Assembly: GCA_001770205.1 (NCBI GenBank)
Contig: MEQL01000033.1
Span: 1 to 33,532, forward strand
Direction of reading: 5' to 3'
Length of the DNA: 33,532 bases
DNA from: Bdellovibrionales bacterium RIFOXYD12_FULL_39_22
GTDB lineage: Bacteria; Bdellovibrionota; Bacteriovoracia; Bacteriovoracales; Bacteriovoracaceae
Shown: positions 1 through 8,697 of the stretch, piece after piece
Position numbering within the stretch: position 1 is the stretch's first letter
Layout: each line of letters opens with the position of its first letter
Translations under genes and position numbers: made by a program
Notes under the pieces: model-generated
Databases searched by the model: none
What the model saw: the letters and a program-made list of their open reading frames with translations, nothing else
Told to the model about the DNA's origin: nothing

Positions 1-230
1 TACAGCACTTGTAGTATACAAAAAAAATGGCCCTTTTATTATTAATTTTGAATAGTTGTCTGTGTTTTTCGAGATGAGTTTAGTAAACTTGCGCTAGGCA
101 TCAAATAACGCCTGTAAAATGATAAAAGTCGGGACTACAATCTAATTTTTAATCCGTAAGTGATTGAATTAAATAAGTATCTTTAGGTGCTTTGCGATAG
201 ATGGGTTGATCGTGTCAATTATTAGGCCGC

Positions 231-1586
231 TTATGAACTATAAGGAGCTGGCTCATAGGTGAGAGTTTCAAAGCGAGTGTATTCTCCAATCCACTTAAGT
301 TTAACGGTTCCTGTTTCTCCAGAGCGATTTTTACCAACAATTACTTCCGCAATCCCTGGTTCTTTGGTCTCGGGATTATACATTTCATCTCGGTAAATCA
401 TCATAACAATGTCGGCATCTTGTTCGATAGATCCCGATTCTCGCAAGTCAGAAACGTTAGGCCTTTTATTAGGACGGGCCTCGACACTTCGATTTAGCTG
501 TGACAGTGCAAGAACTGGACATTCCAGTTCTTTGGCCATTCCTTTTAGTCCACGTGATATTTCTGATATTTGTTGTTCGCGAGAGGGGTTGTTGGAGTGG
601 GCCTTCATTAGTTGTAGATAGTCAATAACAACAAGGCCTAGTCCCTGTTCGGACTTGATTTTACGACATTGGCTTTGAATATCAAATATGGTTACAACCG
701 AAGAATCGTTAATAAAAATAGGTGTACGCGAAAGTTCAGTGACGGCATGGCCAATTTTAGAAAGATCGGTGTCTAGAAAGTCTTTTCGTTTCATGCGCTT
801 GGAGTCAACGCGCGAGGTGCTGGCCAGTAGGCGCAAACTTAGTTCTGGCGCTAACATTTCTAGGGAGAAAATTGCCACAGGAAATCCGGTACTAATGCTG
901 ACATTAACCGCAATATTTAATCCTAAGGCGGTTTTTCCTGATGCCGGACGCCCGGCACAGATGATTAGTTGTCCAGGCTGCATGCCTAGTAATAGTTCGT
1001 CTAGCTTTGTGTAGCCGGAGGAAAAGCCAGAAATTTCTCCTGGTTTTCTGGAAGTATCTTCTAAGTCTTTTAAATTTTGTTTTAAAAAAGTATTTAACTT
1101 AACCAAACCGCCAAATTTTGCGTCGTTGGTTAATTTAAAAAAACTAGATTCAACCTCCGAGACAAAATCTTGAATTTCTCCTGGATATGATTTGCCCAAT
1201 TCGGCAATTTTGGTTGCTGTGCGCACAATGTTGCGCATGCTTGATTTGTCCTTAACAATTTTGGCGTAGTGATAAATATTTGCGGAGGAAACTTGCTCTT
1301 CTGCAACTTCTAAAATAAATGGCTGTCCGCCAATAATTTCCAGTTGTCCCATACTGGCCAGTTTAGAGCCAATAGTTACATAGTCGATAGGTGCGCGAGT
1401 CATGTAGAGATCTTTAATGGCATCGAAAATCATTCCATATTGTGGATTGAAAAAATCCTCGCGTGACATACACAGGTCAGAAATTTCGTCGAAGTTTAAT
1501 CCATCAATAATCAAACAGCTAAGAAGTGATTTTTCAGCAAGAAGATCGTGAGGTAAATCTTTTGGCAGTGGCGCATGATTTGACAT
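231..1586 (-). CDS. dnaB: Replicative DNA helicase DnaB
   Basis: N-terminal LPHD..AEKSLLS, Walker A GRPASGKT, IFSLEM, VIDYLQL, LSQLNR, DLRESGSIEQDAD, KNRSG; no intein. Confidence 0.98.
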   Translation of the reverse strand: MSNHAPLPKDLPHDLLAEKSLLSCLIIDGLNFDEISDLCMSREDFFNPQYGMIFDAIKDLYMTRAPIDYVTIGSKLASMGQLEIIGGQPFILEVAEEQVSSANIYHYAKIVKDKSSMRNIVRTATKIAELGKSYPGEIQDFVSEVESSFFKLTNDAKFGGLVKLNTFLKQNLKDLEDTSRKPGEISGFSSGYTKLDELLLGMQPGQLIICAGRPASGKTALGLNIAVNVSISTGFPVAIFSLEMLAPELSLRLLASTSRVDSKRMKRKDFLDTDLSKIGHAVTELSRTPIFINDSSVVTIFDIQSQCRKIKSEQGLGLVVIDYLQLMKAHSNNPSREQQISEISRGLKGMAKELECPVLALSQLNRSVEARPNKRPNVSDLRESGSIEQDADIVMMIYRDEMYNPETKEPGIAEVIVGKNRSGETGTVKLKWIGEYTRFETLTYEPAPYSS

Positions 1587-1616
1587 TAGCTTTTCCTCGT
1601 TGATTGCATGCTTGGT

Positions 1617-1665
1617 AAAAAAAGAGATGTGCGGGAATGTTTTTTACATTTTCGCACATCTCTTT
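1617..1665 (-). terminator. Intrinsic terminator-like hairpin between rplI and dnaB
   Basis: 13-bp inverted repeat AAAGAGATGTGCG (1621-1633) / CGCACATCTCTTT (1653-1665); A7 at 1617-1623 reads as a U-tract on the minus-strand transcript. Confidence 0.7.
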
Positions 1666-1703
1666 AATTTGGATGTTAATAAATTTAATAATCAATTAAA
1701 ATT

Positions 1704-1727
1704 AAATCAAATCAAATCAAATCAAAT
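1704..1727. repeat. Pentanucleotide microsatellite (AAATC)4 + AAAT
   Basis: AAATC at 1704, 1709, 1714, 1719 and partial at 1724. Confidence 0.85.
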
Positions 1728-1734
1728 ACAGAAA

Positions 1735-2325
1735 TTATGCTTCAGCATCTGCCGAAGTTTCTTCGGCATCCTTCGCATTTTCGCCTTTGGCGTCTTTGTC
1801 TTTTTTATCACCCTTGTCTTTCTTCTCTTTCTTTTTAGCACTTAATGTTTCGAGGCGCTTTTTTTCTTCCTTTAATTGCTCAGGGTCCATCATTACCTTA
1901 ACTTTAAAGGTGGCCTCAACTTCTGCAAAAAGTTTTGCCTTAACTTCGAATTGGCCAAGAGACTTGATAGGTTTTTCGATAACAATTAAACGACGCTCTA
2001 CATCGACACCGCGTTGTGCTAGTTCTGTTGATAGCTCAACGTTGGTTACTGTTCCAAAAAGTTTACCGCTGCCGCCAACTTTTTTAAACATTTCAATAGT
2101 TATCCCTTCCAGTTTTTTCTTGGTCTCTAGAGCAACATTTTTTTGCTCTGAGATTTTTTTTGAAAGGCCTTTTTTGCTATTCACGAGCTGTTTTTCGGTA
2201 GCAGCATCAGCAATTACGGCCATGCGATTGGGGATTAAAAAATTTCTGGCGTGGCCGGCGGATACTTTCACGATTTCACCGACGTTGCCAAGTTTGGGAA
2301 CTCTTTCTGTTAATATAACTTTCAT
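1735..2325 (-). CDS. rplI: 50S ribosomal protein L9 with charged C-terminal extension
   Basis: MKVILTERVPKLGNVGEIVKVSAGHARNFLIP and GKLFGTVT motifs; position upstream of dnaB. Confidence 0.97.
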   Translation of the reverse strand: MKVILTERVPKLGNVGEIVKVSAGHARNFLIPNRMAVIADAATEKQLVNSKKGLSKKISEQKNVALETKKKLEGITIEMFKKVGGSGKLFGTVTNVELSTELAQRGVDVERRLIVIEKPIKSLGQFEVKAKLFAEVEATFKVKVMMDPEQLKEEKKRLETLSAKKKEKKDKGDKKDKDAKGENAKDAEETSADAEA

Positions 2326-3386
2326 AACGAATCTCCTTCTTTATCATTTTTTTTTAAGAATTTTCTAAAATCAAACCATAAGTCGAAAACCCCGATGATG
2401 ACGACAATTCTCCACTCCAAATAAATTGTAAAAACAATAAACAAAGAGCGCATGAATCCGAAAATCTTCACATGGGTTAAAAAATCTAATAAAACACCAA
2501 ATCCTTGCAGAAAGTAAAAAACACTTAAGCCGGTTAGTAAGTTTTGGCCAAAGGCCATTCCTAACTTCCCGACAAAATGTTCTCCTGCCAAAACAAGGCC
2601 CAGTCCAGCAATAAGCGGCCATACCAGATATTCATTGACCTTAAAGTAGACAAGTTCTTTAAGTGCATATTTATAGGGGGTGAAAAATCTCCACGCCCGA
2701 ATGTTTTGCAGTGCCATGAATAGGTTTATCCACAAAGATATAAAAATAGTTGCAAATGCCATCGATGGTAGCCAAGGAATAACGTCCGCGACTAAACGCT
2801 CAGGTTTATCCAGTAGATCTTTTAATACTGCCGCTTCTTCTCCGCTTTCTTCTAGTAGTTTTGCATTTTCCGTTTTGAACTGAGTTAATTTTTCCGAAAT
2901 TGCCGTAGATAGATATTTTTCTAGCGAAAAATCACTGGAAAGATAAATCATCGTAAAAATTGCGGCCACAATGAGAACAATTCCCCCCCCAGCTTTTAAC
3001 AGTCCGGTAATGGGATGTTCTTGACGTAATATTATCTCTGCTAATAAAGCAGCGAAAAGAAAGTTCATCAAAAAAATACCCATGATTAGGTGAGAGCGGT
3101 CTAATTGAGCAGAAAAAGCAACAAGAAGTAGCAAGATGCCAAGTCCCAGGATGTGGCCCTTTAGGCGGCCATAGATCAAAAAGACGGAAAGTAGAGGGAA
3201 TGGAGCAAAAATAGAAAGAGGGCCTAGTGTACATAGTATTACGCTTGTTAGTCCCATAAAAAACCAGCGGCCCCACGAGTTTTGAATCTGCAATAGATTC
3301 CTCAGGTGAGTTGCCGTGTTCTCTTTCGGAGAGGCTTCCGCATTGGAAGTTTCCGGAGAGGTTGTTTTTTGTTCTGTTTTGCTCAT
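2322..3386 (-). CDS. DUF2232/YybS-family integral membrane protein
   Basis: Multiple hydrophobic segments, YFLQGFGV and C-terminal IGVFDLWFDFRK motifs; canonical position between rpsR and rplI; 4-nt overlap with rplI. Confidence 0.85.
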   Translation of the reverse strand: MSKTEQKTTSPETSNAEASPKENTATHLRNLLQIQNSWGRWFFMGLTSVILCTLGPLSIFAPFPLLSVFLIYGRLKGHILGLGILLLLVAFSAQLDRSHLIMGIFLMNFLFAALLAEIILRQEHPITGLLKAGGGIVLIVAAIFTMIYLSSDFSLEKYLSTAISEKLTQFKTENAKLLEESGEEAAVLKDLLDKPERLVADVIPWLPSMAFATIFISLWINLFMALQNIRAWRFFTPYKYALKELVYFKVNEYLVWPLIAGLGLVLAGEHFVGKLGMAFGQNLLTGLSVFYFLQGFGVLLDFLTHVKIFGFMRSLFIVFTIYLEWRIVVIIGVFDLWFDFRKFLKKNDKEGDSL

Positions 3387-3426
3387 ATTCTACCAATATC
3401 TGTCGTCTATGATTAAACGCTTCTGC

Positions 3427-4068
3427 TTACTCAGCAATCCTGTTTGAAAGATAACTGGCAATGCCAAGTTGTCTGGCCATTTTTATTTCAGAGGTTATTC
3501 TTCTCTGATATTTACGGCTAATACCACTTACTCTAGCAGGGGAAATTTTACCAAATTCTGAAATTAACCAGGAATAGGTAGCAGGATCTTTCCAGCTAGG
3601 AGTAATTTTTTTAGCAGTAAACCAACAGCTTCGGCGCTTAGAGAATTTGCGTTTGTCTGCTTCTGGATCTTCGAAATCTTCTTCTCCGGTAGTAGCGGCT
3701 GCTTCGGGAGCGGCGGCCGAACCATGATACTTTTTAGAAAAGGGAGTTTTGTATGCTTTGACGATGGATTCGCGCTTTGCGTCTTCGCCAAGTTTAACAA
3801 AAAGTGATCGGATAACCTTTTCATCGATGCCTAGACGGCGATTGATCTCTACATTACAAGTAGTATCAGCATTGTAAATGTAGTAGAGGTAGCGACCTTT
3901 GGTAACACCGTGTTTGGTGGCCTGCGCGAAGGTGCGCACTCCCCAATCATCTTGAATGAGAACGTCACCGTTGTTCTCTTTTACGACATCTGAAATCATT
4001 TTAGTGAAAGACGCAATCTTGTCGTCGATTACATCCGCATGGGCCAATATGGCCAGTTCATAAATCAT
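3427..4068 (-). CDS. rpsF-rpsR: Fused 30S ribosomal protein S6-S18 (213 aa)
   Basis: ATG at 4068 with CAGGAGG SD. The N-terminus is S6 (MIYE..., DDWGVRTFA, KGRY, EINRRLGIDEKVIR). An Ala/acidic linker follows, then S18 (KRRSCWF, WKD, ISEFGKISPARVSG, QRRITSEIKMARQLG), with no intervening stop. Confidence 0.9.
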   Translation of the reverse strand: MIYELAILAHADVIDDKIASFTKMISDVVKENNGDVLIQDDWGVRTFAQATKHGVTKGRYLYYIYNADTTCNVEINRRLGIDEKVIRSLFVKLGEDAKRESIVKAYKTPFSKKYHGSAAAPEAAATTGEEDFEDPEADKRKFSKRRSCWFTAKKITPSWKDPATYSWLISEFGKISPARVSGISRKYQRRITSEIKMARQLGIASYLSNRIAE

Positions 4069-4128
4069 AATAACCTCCTGGATTATTTTTATTAAGCCCT
4101 CGTACTGTTTCAACGAGAGCGAGTAGTT
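4069..4128 (-). promoter_or_regulatory. Putative S6:S18 ribosomal protein leader RNA
   Basis: On the minus strand, GCUCUCGU/ACGAGGGC stem, then AAUAAU-CCA-GGAGG; upstream AAC..CUC can pair with GAGGUU of the SD. Confidence 0.65.
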
Positions 4129-4273
4129 AGTTTATGATTTTTACAACCGGTCCCAGAACAAAAAGCCTATGTAGAGGCATGAGTGCAATGGGAAAACCGC
4201 AAAAATTTTATCGAAACTAACATCAAATGTGTTTTATGGCAACCAGTAAGAATTAATAGGTCTATGGCCACAG

Positions 4274-5860
4274 TTAGTATTCTTGAGGAAAAATCTCATA
4301 CTGTTCTACGTGGTAATTATTTTCGGAACGAATTATTAAGCTTTTCCCAAAGGCGTCCTCTAGGTTTTCAATAATATCTAGATCTTCTCCGCATAATCGG
4401 GCCGAGACTTCGGGGTGAGCGTAGATATGTACTTTGGATCCTTTGCTTTTCTTTAAAACTTTTAATAATTCTCTAATGAGTTCATAGCAAACGGTAAGAA
4501 TTGTTTTTACTTTGCCAGTACCTTCGCAGTGGGGGCAATTTTCGGTCAGAAGCCTTGTTAGGGTGTCGCGAGTTCTTTTTCTGGTCATCTCAACCAGGCC
4601 AAGTGCGGATATTGGAAGAACGTTGGTTTTGGCGCGATCTTTTTTTAGGGCCTCAAGGAGTGCATTATAGACGGCAACACGATTTTCTTCTTTTTGCATG
4701 TCGATAAAGTCGATAATGATTATACCGCCGCAGTTGCGTAGCCGTAATTGATAGGCAATTTCCTTAACTGCTTCTAGGTTTGTATTGAGGATGGTGTCTT
4801 CTAATGTTTTTCTTCCGACATACTTCCCGGTGTTAACATCAATCGATACCAGTGCTTCGGTTTGATCAATATTAATGGAGCCACCTGAGCGCAAAAAAAC
4901 TTTATTGCTTAAGGCCCGTTCAATTTCAAGGTCGATGCCGAAATATTCAAAAATGGGGGTTTCGCCATCATAGAGTTCGCATTTCCCCTTTATGGTTTGC
5001 ATATATTTAAGAGCAAATTTATCTACTTCTTTTAAATTTTCTTTGGTGTCGACAATGATTTTGGCCAAATCTTCATCGGTTATGTCGCGCAGAACTCGTT
5101 GAACGAAATTTAAATCTTTGTATATCATGATGGGCGCCTTAGTTTTTTCGGTGCGCTTCAAGATATCTTTCCAGATTTTAACAAGCATGTTGTAGTCGGC
5201 CTTCAATGTCTTATATGATTGTGCTTCTGCCACTGTTCTGGCTATAACTCCCTTTCCTTCTGGACGAATGGTTTCAATAATTTCTTTAAGACGTGTTCTT
5301 TCTTCTTCATTTTCGATTCGGCGAGAAACTCCTGTGTGTTCAATGAATGGCATATATACAATATGTCGTCCTGCCAAAGTTATGTGTCTGGTCACGCGAG
5401 GGCCCTTGGTAGATATCGGTTCTTTTGCCACTTGCACTATAATTTCTTGGCCCTCTTTTAAAAAGGTTTCAATTGGTCGATCTTTACAAAAACCCATGTT
5501 TACGGTTTCAGAGAGAGTGCTTAGTTCATCCGGGATAACTTCTCCTAGTCGTTCTCTGGCCGATTCTTCTAGGCCATTTTGGGCGATAAGTTTTGCCATA
5601 TCTCGCTGCTCTTGCAGAGTCGGGATGTAGGCATCGTCGACGTAAAGAAAGGCGGCCTTCTCGTAACCTATATCTACGAACGCTGACTGCATGCCCGGTA
5701 ACACTCGCAACACCTTACCTTTGTATATATTGCCTAGGCTTGGAATGCCGGCGTTGTCATCGCTGCTACGGTCCATGACAAAATCTATAATCTCGCCATT
5801 TTCCAACAGTGCCGCCCGACATTCGTTCAATGTTTGATTGATGATTAGCTCTTTGGGCAT
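4274..5860 (-). CDS. rng: Ribonuclease G/E family (Rne/Rng)
   Basis: GNIYKGKVLRVLPGMQSAFVDIG S1 domain, VQVAKEPISTKGPR, IDVNTG, LRLRNCGGIIIIDFIDM, EMTRKR, CPHCEG. Confidence 0.95.
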   Translation of the reverse strand: MPKELIINQTLNECRAALLENGEIIDFVMDRSSDDNAGIPSLGNIYKGKVLRVLPGMQSAFVDIGYEKAAFLYVDDAYIPTLQEQRDMAKLIAQNGLEESARERLGEVIPDELSTLSETVNMGFCKDRPIETFLKEGQEIIVQVAKEPISTKGPRVTRHITLAGRHIVYMPFIEHTGVSRRIENEEERTRLKEIIETIRPEGKGVIARTVAEAQSYKTLKADYNMLVKIWKDILKRTEKTKAPIMIYKDLNFVQRVLRDITDEDLAKIIVDTKENLKEVDKFALKYMQTIKGKCELYDGETPIFEYFGIDLEIERALSNKVFLRSGGSINIDQTEALVSIDVNTGKYVGRKTLEDTILNTNLEAVKEIAYQLRLRNCGGIIIIDFIDMQKEENRVAVYNALLEALKKDRAKTNVLPISALGLVEMTRKRTRDTLTRLLTENCPHCEGTGKVKTILTVCYELIRELLKVLKKSKGSKVHIYAHPEVSARLCGEDLDIIENLEDAFGKSLIIRSENNYHVEQYEIFPQEY

Positions 5861-5878
5861 TGACGGTTCCTTTTGACT

Positions 5879-6358
5879 CTAAAACGAAAAGCTATGCACA
5901 AAGATAGTATTCCGAGTTGTCTGATCAGATAATATTTCTCTCTCCATTTCACTTTTGTGCCATGCCATGCGTAGCGGAGTGGTAAATGTCGCAGGAGCTG
6001 CAGATGATTGCTTCCCTGCGTTTTTTAAATAAAGTTCTTGGCTCTTCCCTGCCTGTTGGTAAACAACTATACCGACCCCCAATATAATCCCAATGGCCGC
6101 ACCAACGACAACACTTTTGAGATGTTCTTCAGGAACGTCCACAAAAGATAATGTCGACAGTCCCAATATTGCTCCGCCGGCGGCAGTTCCGATAATTATT
6201 TGCGCATCTCGCATAGAATCATCCAGTACGTTAAAATCAGATTTTCCTGCCATTGCCGCAAAAGAAGTTTGATTTAAAATAAAGAATGACAAAAAAAGTA
6301 TGATTTTGGCCGCACTATTTATTTTAACTTTTTTCTGGATCACATCCACCACCATCAT
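5879..6358 (-). CDS. Hypothetical exported/membrane protein with glycine-rich helices
   Basis: Signal-peptide-like N-terminus; GTAAGGAILGLSTL and VVVGAAIGIILGVG segments; start uncertain. Confidence 0.7.
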   Translation of the reverse strand: MMVVDVIQKKVKINSAAKIILFLSFFILNQTSFAAMAGKSDFNVLDDSMRDAQIIIGTAAGGAILGLSTLSFVDVPEEHLKSVVVGAAIGIILGVGIVVYQQAGKSQELYLKNAGKQSSAAPATFTTPLRMAWHKSEMEREILSDQTTRNTIFVHSFSF

Positions 6359-6493
6359 TTTTATTTTTTAATTGTTCCCCAAGTTTAGCGCTTTACCTTT
6401 GCGGGAATATTATTAATAATCTTATGTGCGCTCGCCACGTGCAAGCGAGCGACAGTATATTACTGACATATTAACAATGCTTTGTTTTTGCCA

Positions 6494-7867
6494 ATGAGTC
6501 AAGAGATGATGGCCAGATCAGTTGATGGTGAACAAAATGATTTTTCGCCATACAAGATAATTCAAAAGAAGCGAGATGGTGAAGAACTGTCGTCGCAGGA
6601 AATTACTTGGTTTATTAAAAACTATACTAACGAAGTAATTCCTGATTATCAGATGTCGGCGCTTTTAATGGCCATTTATTTAAAGGGCATGAGTAGTAAA
6701 GAAACTGCCGCCCTTACAGATGCGATGCTTTATTCTGGAAAAGTATTAGATTTCAAAGATAAAAAAGTTATCGACAAGCATTCTACCGGCGGAATCGGTG
6801 ATAAAACCTCATTTATTTTGGCCCCTATTGCGGCGGCATGTGGCGTGAAAGTTCCCATGATCGCGGGGAGAGGACTTGGGCATACCGGAGGAACTGTTGA
6901 TAAAATTGAATCTATTGCTAATTTTCGTACGGCACTACCACTAGAGGATTTTTCTAGACTGCTTTCTACAGTAGGAGTGGTGTTGATCGGACAAACTGCA
7001 GACATTGCACCTGCCGATAAGAAAATATATGCCCTTAGAGATGTAACCGCGACAGTGGAATCTATTCCCTTGATCACAGCTTCTATTATGAGTAAAAAAC
7101 TAGCAGAGGGAACCAGTGGTATTATGATGGATATTAAGGTTGGCTCTGGGGCGTTTATGAAAACTTTGCCGCGAGCAAGGGCACTGGCCCGCAGTATTCA
7201 AGAGACCACTTTGCGCTTTAAAAAAAATATTACTACTATGATAACCGATATGTCACAGCCTCTGGGTAATGCGATTGGAAATAGTCTTGAAATTATCGAG
7301 AGCATTGAAACATTAAAAGGAAAAGGCCCGCGTGATTTAACGGATCTTTCTTTGCAATTGGCCGGAGGAATGGTCTATTTGGCCGGGTTGGCAAAATCCC
7401 ACAAAGAAGGAGTTAAAAAGGCACAGACCGCACTTACTTCTGGGGCCGCCCTCTCTAAATTTAAAGAAATGATTGCGGCACAGGGTGGTGATTCTTCAGT
7501 GGTTGATGATTATAAAAAATTTCCAGTGGCCAAATGTATTACCAAAGTGGAGGCCCGCACAGATGGATATGTAGCGGCAATTGATGGTGTTGAGCTGGGA
7601 TTGCATTGTGTAGATCTTGGCGCCGGCCGCAAACAGGCCAGTGATAAAGTTGATTATTCTACGGGTATTATTATTGCTAAAAAATTGGGAGAGCGAGTTA
7701 AAAAAGGGGATCTTCTGGCCGAGATATATCATCATCAAGAGCAGCAAATGGTTGTGAAAAAAATTAAAAAAGCAATTTTAACAACGACCTTTAAATTTAG
7801 CAAAAATCATTCTAAGAAAGCAGCGAAGTTGATAATTGAAGTGCAAACAAAGTGGAGTAAAAAATAA
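6494..7867 (+). CDS. pdp: Pyrimidine-nucleoside/thymidine phosphorylase
   Basis: KKRDG, PDYQMSALLMAI, DKHSTGGIGDK, GRGLGHTGGT, ALRDVTATV, SIMSKKLAEG; start uncertain (6494/6506/6509). Confidence 0.95.
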   Translation: MSQEMMARSVDGEQNDFSPYKIIQKKRDGEELSSQEITWFIKNYTNEVIPDYQMSALLMAIYLKGMSSKETAALTDAMLYSGKVLDFKDKKVIDKHSTGGIGDKTSFILAPIAAACGVKVPMIAGRGLGHTGGTVDKIESIANFRTALPLEDFSRLLSTVGVVLIGQTADIAPADKKIYALRDVTATVESIPLITASIMSKKLAEGTSGIMMDIKVGSGAFMKTLPRARALARSIQETTLRFKKNITTMITDMSQPLGNAIGNSLEIIESIETLKGKGPRDLTDLSLQLAGGMVYLAGLAKSHKEGVKKAQTALTSGAALSKFKEMIAAQGGDSSVVDDYKKFPVAKCITKVEARTDGYVAAIDGVELGLHCVDLGAGRKQASDKVDYSTGIIIAKKLGERVKKGDLLAEIYHHQEQQMVVKKIKKAILTTTFKFSKNHSKKAAKLIIEVQTKWSKK

Positions 7868-8697
7868 TGTTCCAGCAAATAAAAAAAGCGGCCACCCACA
7901 TCCAGGCATTACATAAAACAAGGCCGCAAGTAGGGATCGTCTTAGGATCTGGCCTTGGTGCCTTCGTAGATATAGTTGAAAATCCAACCATAATCCCATA
8001 TTCAGAGATTCCTTTTTTCCGAGATACTACAGTGGAAGGCCACGAGGGACGCTTGATTATTGGCCGAATTGGAAATGTGGAGATTGCTATACTTCAAGGG
8101 CGTTTTCATGCTTACGAAGGCGCACCAATGGAAGAGGTAGTTTTCCCTGTGCGTGTATTGGCGATGTTAGGCATTGAGGTTTTAGTTTTAACAAATGCTG
8201 CCGGTGGTATAAATACTAAGTTTGTATCGGGGGATTTGGTAATAATCGAAGATCATATAAATATGATGGCCAAAAATCCATTAGTGGGGACAAATATTTC
8301 AGAGTTAGGGCCACGATTTCCAGATATGACGCATGCCTATGATTTAGATTTGTTGCAGACATTACAGACAGTGGCAAAAAATAAAAAAATTGGGATAAAA
8401 AAAGGGGTCTATGCTGGCGTGTTAGGGCCAACATATGAAACACCTGCTGAAATCAGAATGCTGCGAATACTTGGCGCTGACATGGTTGGAATGAGTACTG
8501 TTCCTGAATCCATAGCCGCCAACCACCTAGGCTTACGGGTTGCGGGAATTTCTTGCATTACTAATATGGCCGCCGGGATTGAAAATGTTAAATTAAAACA
8601 TGAAGATGTAAAGGCCCAGGCCTTGAAGGTTATGGATTTATTTAAGGATTTATTAGAGGGATTTATTGGCGAAATTGGGAATAAAGGAAATGGATAA
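7867..8697 (+). CDS. punA: Purine-nucleoside phosphorylase (trimeric type)
   Basis: LGSGLG, GRFHAYEG, TNAAGG, GPTYETPAE, VGMSTVPE, ITNMAAG; TAATG overlap with pdp. Confidence 0.96.
   Translation: MFQQIKKAATHIQALHKTRPQVGIVLGSGLGAFVDIVENPTIIPYSEIPFFRDTTVEGHEGRLIIGRIGNVEIAILQGRFHAYEGAPMEEVVFPVRVLAMLGIEVLVLTNAAGGINTKFVSGDLVIIEDHINMMAKNPLVGTNISELGPRFPDMTHAYDLDLLQTLQTVAKNKKIGIKKGVYAGVLGPTYETPAEIRMLRILGADMVGMSTVPESIAANHLGLRVAGISCITNMAAGIENVKLKHEDVKAQALKVMDLFKDLLEGFIGEIGNKGNG

Noticed and set aside
158..170. IHF-like site (reverse strand ATTCAATCACTTA) downstream of dnaB
   Set aside because: One mismatch to a degenerate AT-rich consensus, and no context is visible at the window edge
1600..2368. Plus-strand ORFs 1600-1845 and 1787-2368
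   Set aside because: Antisense shadows of rplI and the intergenic repeat; no recognisable protein features
4069..4113. 15-aa N-terminal extension of S6-S18 from the TTG at 4113
   Set aside because: The SD and the S6 N-terminal motif support ATG 4068; the stretch fits a leader RNA better
5470..5630. Insertion in the S1 domain of Rne/Rng considered as a possible intein
   Set aside because: No intein terminal motifs; variable insertions at this position are common in the family
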